From NCBI GenBank assembly GCA_965215005.1, contig CBDCCZ010000049.1:96001-160000 (forward strand): a stretch of 64,000 bases of DNA, given 5' to 3'. Position numbers and translations under genes: made by a program. Origin of the DNA: Kofleriaceae bacterium (lineage in GTDB: Bacteria; Myxococcota_A; Polyangia; Haliangiales; Haliangiaceae). Within the stretch, counting starts at the first letter, position 1, and the number at the start of each line of letters is the position of its first letter. This document shows positions 30,249-43,000 of this stretch, one piece after another. The notes below the pieces were generated by a model. That model had not been told where the DNA came from. It ran no database searches and saw only the letters and a list, made by a program, of their open reading frames with translations.

Positions 30249-32459
30249 TCAGGAGCAACGGCGCCGGCGCAGCGCCAACAGCGCCAGGCCAAGCAACAGC
30301 ACTACGCCGCTGCCACTGGTGCCACTGCCGGTGGTGCACCCGCCTCCGCTATCCGGCGGATCGGTGGGGTCCCCGTCGCCCGGTTCGCCATCCCGAACGC
30401 ACATGCCCTGCTCGCAGTGCAAGCCTTCGCCGCAGTCGCTGTCGGAGGTGCACTGGCCGCCCTCTTCAGGCACGCAGACGCCGGCCTCACATTGCTCGCC
30501 CGTACCGCAGTCGGTGTCGCTCGAGCAGCTGCCGCCGCCACCCACGGTCACGGTGATGGAGTCGGTGGCTTGGTTGGAGCTGTCGTACGCCGTCGCGGTG
30601 ATCTCGTGAGAGCCCGCGCTGAGGCTGGCGTCGGTCGTGAAGACGTAGGGCGCAGTGGACATGGTGCCGGCGAGCTGCCCATCGATGGAGAGCTCGACGC
30701 GCAACACACCCTGATCATCTTGGGCGTCGACGGTGACGTCGAAACCGGGGGCCACGCCCGCGCCATCGGCCGGGGAGGTGATGGTCACGGTCGGTGGCGT
30801 TCCATCCGCGGCCGGTGCGCTGCCAACGCCAACGGCGGCCCAGGCCATTGCCACAGCAGTTGCTTCACCCGGGCTGTAGAGCTCGGCAGCGACCTCTTCC
30901 GTGGCGGTCCGCGCCTGCTCGAAATTACTCGTGGCGGTTAGATAGCCTTGCGTGAGCGCGTGCTGGAAGATCGCCCCCGCCTTTTCGATGCCCATGGCCG
31001 GCACGACAACCGATGACTTGCCTTGCGGATGGGTTCCGCCGGTGACGACCAGCTTGAACGCCAAGTTGACGATACCCGAGTTGAGATGCACGCCGCCGTT
31101 GTCCTCACTACCGGTGTAGCGATCGGCGTAGAAGTCGCGCGAGCCGCCGAGCTCCGGCGGATACAGCGACGCATCCCGCGTGGGATCGTCCATGTAGCGG
31201 AGCGCATCGCCCGCAACGTTCGGGGTGAAGATGTCTTCTCCGATGTGCCAGGTGAGCTCGTTGACGCCGCCGGTTTTCCAGGCGTCGCAGACCGCCGCCA
31301 TGATGTCGGACCAGCCTTCATTAAGTGCACCGGACTCGTTCATGTACGTGAGCTTGGCCGTTGCCGCGGTGACGCCGTGGGTGAGCTCGTGGGCGGTCAC
31401 GTCGAACGAATCGGCCGTGGGGCCCATGAACTGCCCATCGCCATCGCCGTAGAGCATCCAGTTGATCTCGATCAGGTCGCTGCCACCCGCCCAGGCGGCG
31501 TTGTTGGGCGTCGACCCGGAGGGGCCACCGGGGAAGTTTACGTGGACCAGCGATACCAGCTCAGCGCCCATCCCATCGTAGGAGTCGCGGCCGAAGAGCT
31601 CGCTATAGCAATCGTAAGTCGCGCCGGTGTTTTCATAGGCTTTGAGGCCGATGGGATCGCTCGTAGGCGGCATGCCCTCGCTGCCGATCTGCTGCGGAAT
31701 GTAGAAGCCGCCACCGAAGACATTGCCGGCGAAGTCGAAGATGTTGCGCTCGCGCGCCGTATGAACGTGCGGCCGCCGCTCAACGAGCTGCCCGCTCGTC
31801 GCGTCGATGTAGACGTCGTCGATGAGCAAGACGTCTTGACCGGTAACAGCAACCTCCCACGCCAGATGCAGCCGCTGCTCTTTGCTGTCGATGACGTAGA
31901 CCAGCCGCGCGTCGCCGACGTCTACGCGACCGTCCGCGGTGCTGAGGCGAGCAGCATGCACGGCTTCGTCGGCCGTGACCGTAGCCGCGAGCGGCAGCGT
32001 GTGATCCTCCCGCGCGCTGCTGGTGACGGATCGTACTTGTCCATCCGCGTCGACGTGCAAGATGACCTCGCCGCCGACGACGCGCAGCCCGTTTTTGGAT
32101 TGCGCATAGCGCACGTGCGACATCCCGAGCCGGTCGACTGAGACCTTGGTCGGCGCCAAATCGGCGGCGTCTATGCCGACTGCGGGCGCGATCTTATGCA
32201 ACGCGCCTGCTAGCGCGACGTCGGCATCGGCGACCGAATCAACCGCTTCCGTGGCATAGCCGAGCGAGCCGCGCACGAAGTACGGCACCTCACCGGCCGC
32301 ATACGCGACGCGTTCGACCGTCGGCAGCGCGGCGAGCGCAGCCTGGAGGTCTCGTTCAGCCGACGCCGTGGCAGTCGTTGGCTCGGAACCGGCGCAGCCG
32401 GCGGAAATTAGAGCAGCGGCGCCATAGAGCGCTCCTGCCCATGCGAATCTGGATTGCAT
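30249..32459 (-). CDS. M4 (thermolysin) family metallopeptidase with Ig-like domain, Cys-rich repeats and MYXO-CTERM
   Basis: FTP/PepSY-like propeptide, NNAAW, HELTHG, ESGALNE and DNGGVHLNSG. C-terminal GGC-TM-RRRR. Confidence 0.93.
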   Translation of the reverse strand: MQSRFAWAGALYGAAALISAGCAGSEPTTATASAERDLQAALAALPTVERVAYAAGEVPYFVRGSLGYATEAVDSVADADVALAGALHKIAPAVGIDAADLAPTKVSVDRLGMSHVRYAQSKNGLRVVGGEVILHVDADGQVRSVTSSAREDHTLPLAATVTADEAVHAARLSTADGRVDVGDARLVYVIDSKEQRLHLAWEVAVTGQDVLLIDDVYIDATSGQLVERRPHVHTARERNIFDFAGNVFGGGFYIPQQIGSEGMPPTSDPIGLKAYENTGATYDCYSELFGRDSYDGMGAELVSLVHVNFPGGPSGSTPNNAAWAGGSDLIEINWMLYGDGDGQFMGPTADSFDVTAHELTHGVTAATAKLTYMNESGALNEGWSDIMAAVCDAWKTGGVNELTWHIGEDIFTPNVAGDALRYMDDPTRDASLYPPELGGSRDFYADRYTGSEDNGGVHLNSGIVNLAFKLVVTGGTHPQGKSSVVVPAMGIEKAGAIFQHALTQGYLTATSNFEQARTATEEVAAELYSPGEATAVAMAWAAVGVGSAPAADGTPPTVTITSPADGAGVAPGFDVTVDAQDDQGVLRVELSIDGQLAGTMSTAPYVFTTDASLSAGSHEITATAYDSSNQATDSITVTVGGGGSCSSDTDCGTGEQCEAGVCVPEEGGQCTSDSDCGEGLHCEQGMCVRDGEPGDGDPTDPPDSGGGCTTGSGTSGSGVVLLLGLALLALRRRRCS

Positions 32460-32497
32460 GGTGCGAATGTCCTCCCTCCGCAGAGGCCCGACGCCAC

Positions 32498-32513
32498 TTC
32501 ACGAGACGTGCCA
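32498..32513 (-). promoter_or_regulatory. Sigma54-like promoter (perfect -24 box)
   Basis: TGGCACG-TCTC-GTGAA, 38 nt upstream of ATG 32459. The -12 box is degenerate (GA). Confidence 0.4.
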
Positions 32514-32832
32514 CCAATCCGTCACATCGACCCGAAGTAGCCACTGCCGCTTTCGCCGCGATCTGCCCGAAATTTACCGGGAAATGCGCTACGTCGACGG
32601 CAAATCCGTGAGAACCCGAACACGCAGGTGATAACTCTGCGGCGCAGCAGCCGTTGCGTTTCGCCCCGCTGACGGCCTCGTGCTTCGGAGGCGAAAGGTC
32701 TCACACGCAAACCCGCGGCTTGTCGCGGTGCAGTGAGCAGAAACCACCGCATTCCTCCTCGGTGCTGTGACATCATTGACACTGATTTGTCACCGAACTA
32801 TGAGAGGCGCCGCTCTCCCGGAGGGCGAGTCG

Positions 32833-34373
32833 ATGAGCGAATCGAGAGCCGCATCGCGGTTCATGACAGCAACCATGTCGAGATCAAGCTCGACTACACC
32901 ATCGACTCGAGAGAGCGGAGCAACCGGTATCGCGTCGCGACCTATCTCTTCATCCCCAAGAGCCTCGGCATCAACGCGCACTCCTATCCCAAGGAGCAGC
33001 TCTACTGCGACTTGCAGAGCTACATTCGCCTCAAGACGCCGAGCTCCACGCTCGAGACCATTGCCGATGCCGATGACTTGCTCTCTCCGCTCGGCTCCGT
33101 AGACAGTCTCCTCGGGCAGCTCGAGCTGCGCCCCAAAGACACCCACCTTCGTCACCAGATCGGCCACGAGCTGCGCATGTTCGCCTGCATCGTCCGCGCT
33201 CGGCTGCGCGACCACGTGCGGGCGTTCCGCGGCCAGCTGCGCCAGCTGCAAGGGCATCATCAGCCACAGGTTCGACTCGCCGATCTCACCCACCTGAGCA
33301 CCGCGATGCTGCGCGCGCTCGGCAATGCGGTCCAGGCGTGGCGACAGCGGCGACCGCGCTTCATGAGCCACTCGCTGCCGCGCGAGCTGTGCGAGATCTA
33401 CCGCAGTACCGATGAATATCTCTCTGGCGTGTTGGAAGAGAAGCTCACCTCGCTCATTGACGCCATCGATCGCCATGGCCGCGACAGCGCCGCGCTACTG
33501 TCGGTGCGCGACGCGGCGCGGGCGCGTCTGATGGCCGAGAGCACCTACCAACGCGGAGCGGGCTATGCCGAGCCCACGGGCACGAATGACGAGACGTTTC
33601 TGTTTCGCCGCGGGTTGCTCAAGAAGTTGGTGATGTCGGTGCTGTGGCTCGAGATCGACAAACAGCGCGAGGGTGCCGGCGCGGCCCAGCTGGGCGCCGC
33701 AATCGCCGCCGGCGCAGCGATGTTCGTGGCGCTGGTGGTGACGGTGCTGCATGCCCGCTGGTACATGATCAATACGTGGCCCTTCATCATCGCGGCGACA
33801 GTCACGTACATGCTCAAAGACCGCGTCAAAGACTTTCTCAAGAGCTTCTTTCAGTCGCGCACCAGTCGCTGGCTCGCCGACTACAGCGTGAGCATTCGCG
33901 ATCCCACGACCGACCGCAGCATCGGCCGGTGCCGCGAGTCGGTCGGCTATGTGGCGGTGGAGCAGCTGCCAGCGGAGGTGCTGGCAGCGCGTTTTGCTGA
34001 GGCCAGCTCGCACGTAGAGGCGAGAGCAAAGCCGGAGCTGGTGCTCAAGTACGAGAAGAGCATTCGCGTGAGCGGTCCAGCACTGGTCTCACGCGGACAC
34101 CTGCACGACTATGACGTCAACGACATCGTGCGGCTCTCACTCGCGCAGTTCTTACTGCGGGCCGACGATCCTCGCGCCACGTTGGCGATGTATGACCCCG
34201 AATGCGATCGCATCACGCGCCGCGCCTTCCGCAAGGTGTATCACCTCAACATCGTGATGGTCTTTCGGGCCGGACACGCGCGCTGCACCCCGCTGATCCG
34301 CCACTTCCGCGTGGTGTTCGACAAAAAGGGCATTCGACGGCTGGAAGAGCGAACCCGCGACCAACAATCCTGA
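32833..34373 (+). CDS. Hypothetical membrane protein with two TM helices; apparent 1-nt deletion near 32839
   Basis: Long ORF. RBS ggaggg plus ATG 32833 is out of frame by one base, and adding a C gives MSRIESRIAVHD. Hydrophobic hairpin AAGAAMFVALVV...WPFIIAATVTYMLKD. Confidence 0.7.
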
Positions 34374-34455
34374 AGCAGCGGAAAGCGGCGGCCACCCTTG
34401 ACGCACGCCTCGCTGCCGGCACGATGGAGGCTTCCGATCCAGAGGAGCTTTGCAG

Positions 34456-35700
34456 ATGCCCAACGCCGCCGAGCCTCGTGTCACCTCGTTTCCCAAGTCA
34501 CGAATCAAGATCCTGCTACTCGAAGGAATCCACCGCGGCGCACGCGATGCATTCGCCGAGGACGGCTTCGACGTCGAGCTCTGCGCAGGGGCATTGAGCG
34601 AAGACGAGCTCGTTCGGCGGATTGCGGACGTGCATGTACTCGGCATTCGCTCCAAGACCCATCTCACCGCGCGAGTGATCGATGCCGGGCGGCGACTGCT
34701 TTCGCTGGGCTGCTTCTGCATTGGGACCAATCAAGTCGACCTCGCTCATGCCAATGCGCGCGGTCTGCCGGTATTCAATGCGCCGTTCAGCAACACCCGG
34801 AGCGTGGCCGAGATGATGCTTGCAGAGATCATCATGCTCGCTCGCAAGCTCGGCGATCGAAATAGCGAGATCCACGCCGGCATGTGGCGAAAAGAGGCCA
34901 CCGGTTGTCACGAGATACGCGGGAAAGTTCTCGGCATCGTCGGCTATGGCCATATTGGCAGGCAGATGGGGGTTCTGGCCGAGGCGGTGGGCTTGCGGGT
35001 GCTGTTCTTCGACACCGCCAACCAACTGCCAATGGGCAACAATCAGCCCGTCGGCTCGCTCGACGAGCTGCTCGCTGCCGCCGACTTCGTCACGCTCCAC
35101 GTCCCCGCCACCCCGCAGACGCACCACATGATTGGCGCGAGCGAGCTGCGCAGAATGCGACCCGGCAGCTATCTCCTCAACGCCAGCCGCGGCACGGTCG
35201 TGGAGCTCGAGGCACTCGCGGAGGCGTTGCGGGCAAAGCAGCTGGCAGGCGCCGCCATCGATGTGTATCCAGAGGAGCCGCAGAGCAACGGTGCTGGCTT
35301 CGAGTCGCCGTTGCGCGGACTTCCCAACGTGGTCCTCACGCCGCACATCGGCGGCTCCACCGAAGAAGCCCAGGCGATGATCGGACGCGAGGTCGCGAGC
35401 GCGCTCATCAAGTTCATCAACGTCGGGTCGACCGCGGGTTCGGTGAACTTTCCGCAAGTGGAGCTACCGCCCAACCGCGGCACCCATCGGCTCCTCAACG
35501 TTCACAAGAACGTGCCGGGCGTCCTTCGCGATATCAACCGCATCGCTTCCGACTTACAAGCCAACATTCACAGTCAAGTGCTCGCAACTGACAGCAACAT
35601 TGGCTACCTCATCATGGACCTAGAGCAAGACGTCTCCCACGCGATCAAGACCGCTGTACGCGCGCTCGACACCAGCATCCGCACCCGCATCCTCTATTGA
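34456..35700 (+). CDS. serA: D-3-phosphoglycerate dehydrogenase
   Basis: GIRSKT, CFCIGTNQVDL, NAPFSNTRSVAE, GYGHIG, TPHIGGSTEEAQ and a C-terminal ACT domain. Confidence 0.96.
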   Translation: MPNAAEPRVTSFPKSRIKILLLEGIHRGARDAFAEDGFDVELCAGALSEDELVRRIADVHVLGIRSKTHLTARVIDAGRRLLSLGCFCIGTNQVDLAHANARGLPVFNAPFSNTRSVAEMMLAEIIMLARKLGDRNSEIHAGMWRKEATGCHEIRGKVLGIVGYGHIGRQMGVLAEAVGLRVLFFDTANQLPMGNNQPVGSLDELLAAADFVTLHVPATPQTHHMIGASELRRMRPGSYLLNASRGTVVELEALAEALRAKQLAGAAIDVYPEEPQSNGAGFESPLRGLPNVVLTPHIGGSTEEAQAMIGREVASALIKFINVGSTAGSVNFPQVELPPNRGTHRLLNVHKNVPGVLRDINRIASDLQANIHSQVLATDSNIGYLIMDLEQDVSHAIKTAVRALDTSIRTRILY

Positions 35701-35727
35701 GGAGACGCAACCAGGACGAGCGCCGCG

Positions 35728-36729
35728 CTACGCGTCTGCGCCGGGACGCCAGGAGTAAGCGGGTTTGGTATCGAAGCGATGGGTGGCGCGTACGAAGCGC
35801 ACGGTGCCGGATTGCGAGCGCATCACCACCGACTCGGTGCTCGCTCCGCCGCCGAAGAACCGCACGCCCTCGAGCAGCGCGCCCTGGGTGACGCCAGTTG
35901 CCGCGAACATCACGTGTCCAGCGGCCAGCTCATCAATGCAGTAGATGTGCGCCTCTTCCTTGCAACCCATGCGCGCGGCGCGCTCGCGCTCACTGTCGTT
36001 GCGAAATCGCAACCGGCCCTGGAAGTCGCCCAACATACAGCGCAGCGCCGCCGCGCTGATCACTCCTTCGGGCGCGCCGCCGGTGCCAAACAACGCGTCG
36101 ATGCCGGTTTCGGGACGGGCCGCTGAAATCGACGCCGAGACGTCGCCATCGGTGATGAGGGCAATCCGGGCGCCTGCGGCGCGAACTTCGCCTACGAGCT
36201 CTTGGTGGCGTGGCCGATCCATGATCACGACGGTGCAGTCCTGCACGTCTTTGTTCTTGGCCTTGGCAATGCGCTCGAGGTTCCACGTCCAGCTCTCGCG
36301 CAAGTCGATAACCCCGCGGCACTCAGGGCCCACGGCGATCTTATCCATGTACGTATCAGGCGCATTTAGGAAATGGCCATCGGCCGCCATGGCCACCACC
36401 GCCAATGCCCCTGGAACGCCAAAGGCGCACAGATTCGTCCCCTCCAGCGGGTCGACCGCGATGTCGATGAGCGGCGATGGCGCCTCGTCGCCGTCTCCCC
36501 AGCCCTTGCCAACGCGCTCGCCGATGTAGAGCATCGGCGCCTCGTCGCGTTCGCCCTCGCCGATCGTCACCGTGCCGCGGATGTCGATCATGTCGAAGGC
36601 GCGGCGCATGGCCTCCACCGCGACGCGATCCGCCGTCTCGCGGTCTCCGCGCCCCATCAGCCGCGCCGAGGCCAGCGCTGCGGCTTCCGTGACTCGCACC
36701 ACTTCGAGCGCCAAGTTGCGATCGTGCAT
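35728..36729 (-). CDS. glpX: Class II fructose-1,6-bisphosphatase
   Basis: VRVTEAAALA, IGEGERDEAPMLYIGE, DPLEGT, GGAPEGV and FAATGVT. Confidence 0.96.
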   Translation of the reverse strand: MHDRNLALEVVRVTEAAALASARLMGRGDRETADRVAVEAMRRAFDMIDIRGTVTIGEGERDEAPMLYIGERVGKGWGDGDEAPSPLIDIAVDPLEGTNLCAFGVPGALAVVAMAADGHFLNAPDTYMDKIAVGPECRGVIDLRESWTWNLERIAKAKNKDVQDCTVVIMDRPRHQELVGEVRAAGARIALITDGDVSASISAARPETGIDALFGTGGAPEGVISAAALRCMLGDFQGRLRFRNDSERERAARMGCKEEAHIYCIDELAAGHVMFAATGVTQGALLEGVRFFGGGASTESVVMRSQSGTVRFVRATHRFDTKPAYSWRPGADA

Positions 36730-36790
36730 GGGCGTGTTACAGCACGCCCCGCCAACGCACACAAGCGATGGATGGTCGACCGATCGAAAG

Positions 36791-37204
36791 CTACGTCGCG
36801 CTGCCCTCGATGATCGCTCGCAGCGGCGCCGGCACGCGCATGGGACGGCCATTTAGATCGACAGCGGCGTGCCGCGTGAAGCCTTCGGCCAGGCGCTGCT
36901 CGCCGCGCCACACGATATATTCGAAGGTCATCGAGGCGCCGCCGAGCTGGGTGACTGCGACTTCGATGTCGAGAAGATCTTCATACTGCGCGGACCGGCG
37001 GTAGCGAACGTGAGCCTCTACGACCGGCAGCGCGACACCCCACGCGTCGAGATCGTGATGATCGTGACCGAGGCTGCGCAATAGCTCGGCTCGCGCGCCT
37101 TCAAAGAACCGCAGGTAGTTGCCGTAGTAAACGACGCCCATTTGATCGGTGTCGCCGAAGATCACGCGAACCTGCCAGCGCGTGCGAGCGTGGTCGTAGC
37201 TCAT
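36791..37204 (-). CDS. YbgC/FadM family acyl-CoA thioesterase
   Basis: DTDQMGVVYYGNYLRFFE.AR 4HBT motif. Confidence 0.92.
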   Translation of the reverse strand: MSYDHARTRWQVRVIFGDTDQMGVVYYGNYLRFFEGARAELLRSLGHDHHDLDAWGVALPVVEAHVRYRRSAQYEDLLDIEVAVTQLGGASMTFEYIVWRGEQRLAEGFTRHAAVDLNGRPMRVPAPLRAIIEGSAT

Positions 37205-38499
37205 TGTGCGATTCGTATGAGAGCGGCCGGCTCGACCACGACTGTGAGTTTGGCAATCGACTCGAGGGCACGGCGAACGTTGCCTTCCCGCGCTTCGTGC
37301 GTCACCACCACCACGCGCACCGGACGCTCGGGATCGCGCGGCCCCTCTTGCACCACCTGAGTGAGCGAGATGTCATGCTCCCCGAGAATGGTGGTGATCT
37401 GGCCGAGCACGCCTGGACGATCGAGGACCGAGAAGCGCATGTAATAGCGGCTGCGAAGCTCGTCGATCGAGCGCACCGGGCGGTGGACGAGTTGCTTATA
37501 GCTGCGCACCGGTAAGGCACCGGCTGCTTGCGCCTGGATATTGCGCGCGACCTCGATAACATCGGAGACCGCGGCCATGGCGGTGGGCATCATGCCGGCG
37601 CCGGCACCGTAATACATCGAGCCGCCTAACGCATACGAGTTGACGTAGAGCGCGTTCTTAGCGCCGGGAACATCGGCGAGAATCCAATCATCCGGGATCA
37701 TGGTGGGATGCACGCGCGCTTCGATGGTCGCGCCGTGCTCGCGGGCAATCGCCAGCGGCTTGATGACGAATCCGAAGCGGCGGGCATATTCGAAGTCGCA
37801 CGGATCGAGCCTGTCGATGCCTTCGACGTAGATATCCGCGAGCCGAATACCGGTGCCAAAGCACAACATGACCAGGATGGCGAGCTTGTGCGCCGCATCG
37901 ATTCCGCCGACGTCGAAGCTGGGATCGGCCTCGGCGTAGCCGAGCTCCTGCGCTTCGCGAAGTATCTCGCTAAACGGCCGACCGGCGGCGGCCATGGTGG
38001 TGAGGATGTAGTTGGAGGTGCCGTTGACGATGCCAAAGATGTGTTCGATGCGGTCCGAGGCCAGGCCTTCGCGCAGCATGCGGATGATGGGCACGCCGCC
38101 GCACACCGCGGCCTCATAGTAGAGATCGACGCCGTGGCTCTCGGCGATGGTGAACACCTCTTCACCGTGCTCGGCCAACAGCGCTTTGTTGGCGCACACG
38201 ACGTGCTTACCGCGTTCGATTGCGTGCAGCACCGCGTCCTTGGCTCCTGTCGTGCCTCCCATGAGCTCACAGACGATCTCGACATCATCACGCTCGATGA
38301 CGGCGTTGACGTCGGTCGTTAGGAGCGCCGAATCGACCTCGACCCGCCGCGCCTTCTCGAGCTCGCGCACCGCAATCGCCCGCACCACGACCGTTGCCCC
38401 CAGCCGTGCTTCAATGGCCTCTGCGTTGTCAGCCAGGAGCTTGACCACTCCAGCGCCGACATTGCCGAGACCTAGGAGACCGACGCCGATTTCCCGCAT
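37201..38499 (-). CDS. hom: Homoserine dehydrogenase
   Basis: GLGNVG, ANKALLA, EAAVCGGVPII, NGTSNYIL, GYAEADP and a C-terminal ACT domain. Confidence 0.96.
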   Translation of the reverse strand: MREIGVGLLGLGNVGAGVVKLLADNAEAIEARLGATVVVRAIAVRELEKARRVEVDSALLTTDVNAVIERDDVEIVCELMGGTTGAKDAVLHAIERGKHVVCANKALLAEHGEEVFTIAESHGVDLYYEAAVCGGVPIIRMLREGLASDRIEHIFGIVNGTSNYILTTMAAAGRPFSEILREAQELGYAEADPSFDVGGIDAAHKLAILVMLCFGTGIRLADIYVEGIDRLDPCDFEYARRFGFVIKPLAIAREHGATIEARVHPTMIPDDWILADVPGAKNALYVNSYALGGSMYYGAGAGMMPTAMAAVSDVIEVARNIQAQAAGALPVRSYKQLVHRPVRSIDELRSRYYMRFSVLDRPGVLGQITTILGEHDISLTQVVQEGPRDPERPVRVVVVTHEAREGNVRRALESIAKLTVVVEPAALIRIAQ

Positions 38500-38611
38500 A
38501 CAGCGGCCGACGCTACCACAGCGAGAGCCCGCGCCACGCTCTCAGCCCGCGCCATGACCTCCGCCGAGATTGCGGTGACGCCCCATTTCGCGCCTTGAGG
38601 AATCGAGCTAG

Positions 38612-39907
<1,296 letters not shown>

Positions 39908-40061
39908 TCGAAAAGCGTCCGCTGCGCTTACGTTGCAGCACCTGCCCTCTCTTCCTGCCGACCTCTCCACCGCTGTGCTCCATCGCCGGGCCGGCTCATT
40001 TGCGTACCGGTTTGGTGTCGCTGCCCAGGCTCGGTATTATGATGAGTCGGGGGAGGCGCAT

Positions 40062-43000
40062 TTGAGTAGCAGCGGACACGCGCTGAAGAACACGCTCAGC
40101 GACCAGTTTGGTGATCGCTTCGAGATCATCGACGTGCTTGGACGCGGCGGCGTGGGCGTGGTCTATCGCGCCGTCGATCGCGTGCGCCGCACCGAGGTGG
40201 CGCTCAAGACGCTGCATCGACTCACGGGTAGCTCGCTGTATCGCTTCAAGCGCGAGTTTCGCTCGCTCGCAGATATCGATCATCCCAACCTCGTCACGCT
40301 CTATGAGCTGCTTTCGACTGGCGCCACCTGGTTCTTCACCATGGAGCTGGTGCGCGGTGCCGACTTTTTGCAGGCGGTGCGCCCGCATGTAACCCATGCC
40401 GGACCGGCGACGATGACGCCTTCCGCAGGTGCCGGCGACGGCGACGGCGACGTCACGGTCACTGGAACCGGCGAGGTCGGCAGCGGCGATGTTCCCTACA
40501 CGGAGCTCACAGCGGAGATCGCGGGCGCCACCGGCGACGCGGCCGCCACCAGCAGCTACCGCGACGCCATCATCGCGGGGCGGATCGATATCGGCAGACT
40601 GCGCCGTAGCCTCGAGCAGCTGGCGACGGGCGTGCGAGCGCTGCACGCCTCCGGCAAGCTGCACCTCGATCTGAAGCCTTCGAACGTTTTGGTCGAAAAC
40701 AACGGCCGCATCGTCGTCTGCGACTTTGGCTTGGTCCGCGATCGCGGCGAGGACACGAAGAGCTCGCGCCGCGGCGCCGGGACCCCGGCGTATATGTCTC
40801 CCGAGCAAGCCGCCGGCCTGCCGCTGGGACCAGCCAGTGACTGGTACAGCATCGGCGTGATGATTTACGAGTCTCTCACCGGCCACCTGCCATTCGAAGG
40901 CACCGCTGAGCAGATGATGCACACCAAGCAGCTTACCGACCCGCTGCCTCCGCGCCATTGGCTCCCCGAGCTCGACGAAGCGTGGAATCAGCTCTGTGTG
41001 TCGCTGCTCCGCCGCGACCCGCTCGAGCGCGGCAGCGTCGCAACCGCGCTCAGCGAGTCAACGACGATGCGCCGACGACGCGCGATTTCCGACGTGCCAG
41101 CCGGAATTTCATTTGTGGGTCGCCGCGCCGAGCTCGACGCGCTGCGCGCTGCGTTCGACGCCGCCAGCGCCGGCCGCACACTCGGTGCGCTGGTCCGAGG
41201 GCGCTCGGGAATCGGCAAGACCGCGCTCGTTGAGCACTTCCTCGCTGACCTTCAGCGCGGCGGCGAAGCGCTCATCCTACGTGCGCGTTGCTATCAGCGC
41301 GAGACGGTCCCTTACAAGGCCCTGGACGCACTCGTGGACGCAGTTGTCGACGAGCTCACGCGCCGCCCTGCCGAGGAGCTCGACGCGCTGTTGCCGACCG
41401 AGCTCGGCTCCCTCGGACGATTGTTTCCGGTGGTCGAGCGCATCGCCGGCGCCGGGCGACCGGCCCCACGCGATCATCAAGAGCTCCGCGCCCGCGGCTT
41501 CGCCGCCTTGCGCGACCTGTTCGCCGCGCTCGGACGCGAGCGGCCACTGGTATTGTTCATCGATGATCTGCAGTGGGGCGATATCGATAGCGCTCCGCTC
41601 TTCGCCGAGCTGCTCGCCGCACCCAGCGACGCCGCCATCTTGGTGCTCGCCACCTTCCGCGATGAGAGCTTTCACGACAGCGCGCTGTTGCAGACGCTGG
41701 CGCAGATGGCCAAGCGCACTGCTGCCGGCACCGTTCGAACCGTGCGCATTGGTCCACTCGAGCCAAACGACGCGCGGCTCCTCGCCGAGGGCATGCTGTC
41801 GACTACCGACCCTGCCCTCACCGAGTCGCTCATCCGCGACGCCGATGGCCATCCGTTCTTGCTCGCCGAGCTCGCCCGCGACTGGGACGGCGGCATCGCC
41901 AGCGGCATCGACGAGGTCATCAACCGCCGCGTGCGCGCGCTGCCGGCGGACACCCAGGCGCTGCTCACCACCGCCGCCATCGCCGGCCGCCCGGTGCCGG
42001 TGGCGGTGCTCGCCCGCGCGGCCGGGGTCAAGGATGAAGCGGCGGCGCTCGCCTCGCTCCTCACCCGACGCTTGATTCGCACCCACGCCGGTCACGACGG
42101 CGTCGAGCTGCTCGAGCCGTTTCACGATCGAATCCGCGAAACCGTGACCGCTCAGCTCGACGAAGAGCAGACGCGACGAGCCCACCGACGCCTGGCTCGC
42201 ACGCTCGAGAGCGTGCTCACGCGCGATGTTCACTCGCTCGTCGAGCATTGGATGGGTGCCGGCATGCCGCAGCGAGCCGGCGAATACGCGGTGCTCGCGG
42301 CGCGGCAAGCCAGCGACGCGGCCGCGTTCGATCGCGCGGCTCATCAGTACCGCCTCGCGCTCGAGCTGCTCGCGCCGAAAGGGGAGCAACGACGGCAGCT
42401 GCAGACGGGGTTGGCCGACATGCTGGCGTGCTCGGGAAACCTCACGGAAGCGGCCGCCATGTATGAAGCGGCAGCCATCGACGCGCCGCCGGATGCGACG
42501 CTCGAGCTGCGCCGCCGCGCGATGGAGCAGATCATCCGCGCCGGTCGCCTCGACGAAGGCATCGTTATGGGTCGGTCGCTGCTCGCCGCCGTCGGCATGC
42601 GGATGCCGGCAAGCGATCGTCGCGCGCTCCTCTCCATCATCGGCTCACGACTCTGGTTAGCGGTTCGCGGCCGCCGCTTCAAAGCCGATTCCGAGCGTCT
42701 CCTGGCGCCGAGCGAGCGCTGGCGCATGGACGTGTGTTGGTCGGTTGCCTCGAGCATGAACATCGTCAATCCGCTAATCGCTTCGGCGCTGCAGCAGCGC
42801 TTCGTCCGTGCTGCACTCAATAGCGGCGATGCGGTTCGCGCGGCGCTCGCGGTGAGCGCGGAGATCGGGCTCAGCTCGACGCCGGGACCGGCGGCGCGAG
42901 CGAGCATCGAGGTTTTGCTCCAACAAGCAAAGGAGCTGGTCGAGCGAAGCGGCGATGTCTATGCGCGCGGCATCTTTGGCCTCAGCTGCGCGATTTCGGC

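Noticed and set aside
32680..32760. c-di-GMP-I riboswitch-like gaaa...acgcaaa segment
   Set aside because: It lacks the upstream GGCAAAC and P1 pairing, so the match is too weak without an Infernal search.
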